A DNA stretch of 63,872 bases, the filler included, from Lenisia limosa (taxonomy: Eukaryota > Protista > Breviatea), in NCBI GenBank assembly GCA_001655205.1. It is 10 parts of 10 records of this genome, joined end to end, with 100 filler letters (N's around TTAATTAATTAA, not from the genome) between each part and the next. Parts side by side here need not be neighbours in the genome. Positions count along the whole stretch, not along the records: positions 48,302 to 62,120 come from LPNZ01003534.1; positions 62,221 to 63,872 come from LPNZ01011512.1; 8 more parts are not named here. The stretch is one strand, 5' to 3'. The translations under genes and the position numbers were made by a program. Positions 58,330 through 63,872 of the stretch are shown piece by piece. The notes below the pieces were generated by a model. The model was not told the DNA's origin, made no database searches, and worked only from the letters and a program-made list of their open reading frames with translations. Numbering within the stretch: position 1 is the stretch's first letter; each line of letters opens with the position of its first letter.

Positions 58330-60228
58330 TTAAATACAGTGAAAGAACTTGAAATAGCCTCTCTAATTCTTAGGGTGCCGTGCAATTACTGCAATTAATT
58401 ACCAATTAATTACCAACTAATGGCCAATTAAATTGCACTCTTTCTCCCAACCAATCAATTGAGATTTTCAACAGTTTTAAATTAAAAATCACAACAGTAG
58501 ATTGAAAATACCTACTTGGGGTTGTTTGATGAATAGTATTATCTTCAAAAAACAATAAAAAAACAGATTTATATCACTAGAAAAATCCTGGGAGGTGTTA
58601 CGCCAAGGTAACGTTGTATAACTTTGTACTAGACGTTAAGACTTCGGTCGCAATGTTATTCAACGTAAGAGATCGTCAAAGAACGTTACGTTAGTTGCAG
58701 ACATATGGTAGTTTTCCGGCTGTGATCTCTAACGTCAGGTCACCTCTAGACATTACGGCTATTTTTTGCCTGCTACCGCTAACGTCTAGTCATTACCTAT
58801 AGCATTACGGTATTGACTCAAGCTATCACATAACAACATTGATCATCAAGTTCCACCGAATCCGAATGGTCAAACAACAATCAAAAACAACCAAATGTCT
58901 TTCTTTTTATTATTATTGACCGCGGATAAAGGTGGGAAAAATTCAAAACTTGTGAATATTTATCTCTAGTCCTGACATGATTAACACTAAGATAATCAAT
59001 ATCGAGATCAACATCTGTCAGTCGCGTTCTGTCAGTGTCATTTTTTTGAATTCCTTGATGAATTGTTCTTGTATTCCATGATTTTTTGGACCAAATAACT
59101 TGAGACCTGCTTGTGAGACTTGATAAGAGAATGTGTGAACAGGCACGAATGAAGGATGGGAAAAGTTGGCACTAAGTGGAGGAGGACAAACAAGGTGGAC
59201 GGACGAAGAGAAAAGAAAAAGAAGAAATGACGAAGTAACTACTAATGAATGACGAAGAAATGGAAGAGAAGAGGAAGAAGGAGGAGAGGGGGAGGGAAAC
59301 AACAAGGTTGGTTGTAATTTCGTGTATTATATATTGAACTGAACAAGATAACCTAGTTTTCTTTTTTTTTGTTTTCATTTCTTTTTCGTTTTGAGTTTGA
59401 GGCTTTGGCGTATGTCATTGTCCATCATAGCAGGTTCAACAAATTCTGTCGGTTACTGAATCTCAATTCAAAATCTGTGAAATGCTTATAATATTTAAAG
59501 GTGCTCTTTCTTTTCAATTTGCGACTCCAACTAGCTGAAAAGCTCCAGTCAATCATCCTCAAAAGAAACACTCTGAATGTTAAGGCTGAGAATTAATCAT
59601 CTTGAACTGTCTTCTTAAAAGATCTCCCCTAAAACAGTCAAAAAGAAGGGATATTAAGAGGGAGCACACCTTCGACAGATCAGGAAGGAACCGATCACCC
59701 CAAAACTTCTTTAAAACTGATACTTCAATGACAAAATAAGCGTCTTAGAAGCAGTCTTCGACTGCAAGTTTCAAGCATTCAGTAAGAGAAGAAATCCTTC
59801 GTTCAGACAAGTAAAGAACCTATTAATCAACACCGTTAATACACACAAACATCCAAAAAACGCCAGTTCTTCAATTCAAGGCAGTAAGAGGATCCAATAA
59901 GGAAAATCATAACTTGAAAAAGCAGAAAAAGGAAAAAAAAAAAAAAAAAAAAANNNNNNNNNNNNNNNNNNNNNNNNNNNNNNNNNNNNNNNNNNNNNNN
60001 NNNNNNNNNNNNNNNNNNNNNNNNNNNNNNNNNNNNNNNNNNNNNGGATCCTACATAATGTAACTAATGTAAAGAACAGATAAGAAACTCTACTACATAA
60101 TTACGCATAAATTGAGAAAAAGCTTCATTTTTCCAAGATCGCCTTTGCTCTGGAAACTGAAACATCATAGACATCTCCTTGGCTCTGTTTCACTGATATG
60201 TTTTTTATATTGTTAAATTGTTTTAAAA

Positions 60229-60665
60229 TATCGAACATTGATAAAATATCACAAATCATCATCTGGAATATCTGGAACATTGATATAACACCATAAATAA
60301 AAAATCATAATCTGGAATATCTAGAACATTGAAAAAAAACACCACAAATCATATCCGGAATATCTGGAACATTGATAAAACACCATAAATCAGAATCTGG
60401 AATATATAGAACATCGATAAAACACCACAAATCAGATCAGGAATATCTGGCATTGATAAATCATAATCTGGAAAATTATAACAACATTAATCATAATCTG
60501 AAAAACTGTAACCACAAATCATAATCTGGAATATCTGGAACATTGATATAACATCATAAATAATAAATCATAATCTGAAATCTCTAGAACATTGATAAAA
60601 CACCACAAATCATAATCTGGATCTGGAACATTTAAAAAACACCATAAATCATAATCTGGAATTCA
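60229..60665 (+). repeat. Minisatellite, ~10 degenerate units of ~40-45 bp
   Basis: Repeating AAATCATAATCTGGAATATCTGGAACATTGATAAAACACCAC. Confidence 0.9.
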
Positions 60666-62120
60666 AACTGGGTAAAACACAATCTAGATTAGCTGGAATC
60701 AAAAAACAAAGGAAATTTTGAATATCGGGGAATAAAAAATCTAGTTGAACTTTCCAGATTCCAGATTTCTCTATCTTACAAATTTAAGGACATATTGAGA
60801 ATAATAAAAGGGGTAAAAAACGAATCTGTTCAAAATTGAAGGGAAAGTAATACTGATGCTTTCATTTCATCCAAGAAAAAAGTTTCTGACCCTTTGTCTC
60901 TACAAAGGTTTGTCTTTTTGTTTCAACATTCTTTCCTACCCTACCCTGTTAGGTGAGGTTTACTTTTTGCATTTCACTTTTATCCCACATAACCATCAAA
61001 AGTGGTGAATTTATAATAAATATTAAGTTGGCCAAAAGATTCTAATTGATATGTCCGGATCTCAGAGCGATCTTACCAGATTAGCCAGCATAGCTGTCCT
61101 CTTCACACTCAATAACGGGTCACAATTCCCTTTCTTTTAATGTTCTCTCCGTAGATTGGAAGACGTGCGTGCCCTACAATAGCTTGGTACGTGGAAACAT
61201 GGCCATAAGCCACTCTCGAATACGGTGCCGACCACAGGATCAAACCCAATGCACGTGCACCCAACCCAAGTCAACGATCAATCTTAGCTCATCTATGACC
61301 CCAAAAAGTCCCTCCCAAACAATGTCAATGTCATTCTCACCATCCCACCACCCTGTCATAACGGGAAGCTTGCTGACAGTGTACCAAGCTACCATAATGG
61401 GTAGCTTCAACCATATACGCAGATTACCCTAAATTGAAAACGGTGACTGACTTCAAGATAAGGCCTCTTACCCATTGAATAGATAACGTCACAATAAGAG
61501 AAATGAATGAAAGGTACTTTCTGTCTAATAAATTACAAATATCGATACGGATTTGACTATTTCGTACAAATTAAACATCTGCTAACTTTGAAAAAAATGG
61601 AAACATACCAAGGGCATATTAGAAAAAACAAACTTGAAGATTGAATTGTGATGAGAAAAACCACACCTATTTGGAATTAAGAAAACCATTGAAAAATTCT
61701 CTGGATAACAAAAAATCCACACACAAAAACAAGACAAAGTTACTTCAAGATGGTTTTTCTAAAGAGTTAACAGCGAAAACTCCTCTTTGAAAATGGCATT
61801 CTAGAAATTTTATCATTTAAAAAAACGCTGATGTAAACTCAAAGAGTATGCTAAAAATAGTCTGTTAAAGAAGCCTGATCATTTCTGATGTGTTGCAAAG
61901 TACTCTCACCTCATAAAATCGTCAAAAAAGTACAATAGAAGTAAGCATCTTCAAAAAAACTCCCTGAAAACTAAAAATTGAGACCCAAAAATGATATGGA
62001 GTTTTTTTTTGTCTTTTTCCCTTTGTTTAAGGTGAGCGCCCCCTTTTTAAGCTAAAATAGCCCCCCCCCCTGAAGAACAACCCCTATATTACTTATAACT
62101 AAACACATACTACAGTATAA

Positions 62121-62220
62121 NNNNNNNNNNNNNNNNNNNNNNNNNNNNNNNNNNNNNNNNNNNNTTAATTAATTAANNNNNNNNNNNNNNNNNNNNNNNN
62201 NNNNNNNNNNNNNNNNNNNN
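62121..62220. other. Artificial scaffold linker
   Basis: 44N + TTAATTAATTAA (62165-62176) + 44N. Confidence 0.98.
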
Positions 62221-63155
62221 GTGCGTAATACTGCTTTGAGGTGGGGGGGGGGGTAATACTGCTTTTGATCTGGAAACAAAAGAGAGAAGACAAACCCTGA
62301 GATAACAAAGTATCAAAGAGTTACACACCAGTGTGAGGAGGAGGGTACAAATGAATCAAGTAAATAGATGTTTTTCGAGGATTTAACGAGAAATTTCTCT
62401 CATTTTTTGTAGAAATTAGAAAATACATTGTCTGAAATGGGGTTCTCATGACAATATGTCGCACTTCAAATTTTGCAATTATTTTTTCACTTAATTGCAC
62501 GGGGCCCTAATTTTTTGTAACCCCTATCTAACCCACCAGAGTTCCCCCCGATACCCCGGGTGCCCTTGATGTCATTTACCAAGACCAAGATCGTGAGGAG
62601 GGGGGGTCATTTCTTATCATATCCCTTTTTGGATCATTCACATTTGTGAACTAGCATTTCCACGCGGTGATATGATACCTCATATCCACTCGTGTGATAA
62701 TTGACTGACAAGTCTCAATGACACTCGGGATGAACCCTCGTGTTATCTTGATCATATCATTAATGGATATGGGTAAATTTCTCGGATTGCATTGAGTAGG
62801 GAGATGGTGTGAATGGCTTTTTTTTTTTTTTTTTTTTTTTNNNNNNNNNNNNNNNNNNNNNNNNNNNNNNNNNNNNNNNNNNNNNNNNNNNNNNNNNNNN
62901 NNNNNNNNNNNNNNNNNNNNNNNNNNNNNNNNNNNNNNNNNNNNNNNNNNNNNNNNNNNNNNNNNNNNNNNNNNNNNNNNNNNNNNNNNNNNNNNNNNNN
63001 NNNNNNNNNNNNNNNNNNNNNNNNNNNNNNNNNNNNNNNNNNNNNNNNNNNNNNNNNNNNNNNNNNNNNNNNNNNNNNNNNNNNNNNNNNNNNNNNNNNN
63101 NNNNNNNNNNNNNNNNNNNNNNNNNNNNNNNNNNNNCTGCATTCTAACACTCCAG

Positions 63156-63725
63156 CACTGCCCCTATCGAGTTGATCATTGAGACGGTTATGGCCTGTAA
63201 CGCCCTCGTCAACGACGCCATTTTCGACTGTGTTGCTCTGGGACCGTGGGGAGGGGGGGGGGNNNNNNNNNNNNNNNNNNNNNNNNNNNNNNNNNNNNNN
63301 NNNNNNNNNNNNNNNNNNNNNNNNNNNNNNNNNNNNNNNNNNNNNNNNNNNNNNNNNNNNNNNNNNNNNNNNNNNNNNNNNNNNNNNNNNNNNNNNNNNN
63401 NNNNNNNNNNNNNNNNNNNNNNNNNNNNNNNNNNNNNNNNNNNNNNNNNNNNNNNNNNNNNNNNNNNNNNNNNNNNNNNNNNNNNNNNNNNNNNNNNNNN
63501 NNNNNNNNNNNNNNNNNNNNNNNNNATGTATGTATTTCGAAGGGGTAAGTTTTTGTTTTCATGGTAAGGGGGCATCCATACAAAAACATCCAGTTACATT
63601 GCAGGAATGTTCTTTTATATCGTAGGGAAAAAACGTGGAACTCAGAACAGCTTTTCCGCTTCAGTGGAAATGGGCATCTCGCTGCCCTCTCAAGTCTCTC
63701 GCTCCCGGCTCCCTCAATCATGAAT
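63156..63725 (+). CDS. Two candidate exons of an unidentified gene
   Basis: CAG|..APIELIIETVMACNALVNDAIFDCVALG..|GTGGGG and TAG|..WNSEQLFRFSGNGHLAALSSLSLPAPSIMN|GTTGG. Confidence 0.3.
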
Positions 63726-63872
63726 GTTGGTGGTCATGATGGTGGTGGTGGTGATGGTGTGGCGATTGTGATATTGCAATTTTATTACTTGTATTTACAT
63801 TGGTCTTTCCCCAAACCTTACCTACTTAGATGTTCGGAATCATCATGACCCCCCACCCGTCTAAATGGGTCA

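Noticed and set aside
60229-60665. CRISPR-like array
   Set aside because: Units are degenerate tandem copies without unique spacers, the genome is eukaryotic and no cas genes are present.
61100-61432. Possible Ulp1-like protease fragment on the minus strand (VHWV)
   Set aside because: Only a weak single motif, with stops and no full catalytic triad.
1698-62176. Nine perfect TTAATTAATTAA palindromes as a biological motif
   Set aside because: Each is centred in exactly 44 N on either side; this is an artificial stop-codon linker. Gene neighbourhoods across these points are meaningless.
209-63625. Numerous ORF-track entries dominated by X
   Set aside because: They stay open only because they run through N gaps; they carry no coding evidence.

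Overview
This is eukaryotic draft genome sequence, not prokaryotic. It consists of ten unrelated scaffolds joined by artificial 100-bp linkers (44 N + TTAATTAATTAA + 44 N), with many internal N gaps that mostly sit beside G or C homopolymer runs. Genes reconstructed by hand across introns and recognised from remembered family motifs (no database search was run): Nup98-type GLEBS/FG nucleoporin, FKBP15/WAFL-like, REV3 (Pol zeta), Piezo, PP5, DDX6/Dhh1, an LRR protein, one isolated Prp8 Jab1/MPN exon, and several hypothetical proteins. Mobile DNA includes two TA-flanked MITE families, other dispersed intronic repeats, and decayed piggyBac, DIRS/Ngaro and LINE elements. The most striking signal is in DDX6. 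It has six 21-25 nt micro-introns, and four of them are GT-TG with no AG at the required 3' end. One splits the DEAD motif itself (DE|AD) and two would shift the frame if retained, so a constitutive non-canonical TG acceptor appears to be required. The same gene has one 5.1-kb intron holding a piggyBac relic. Other notable patterns are a strand-consistent G-run (5') / C-run (3') polarity in long introns and repeated tandem duplication of splice junctions. No rRNA, tRNA or CRISPR array was recognised. Exon boundaries are manual inferences without transcript data, and the organism cannot be named from this window.
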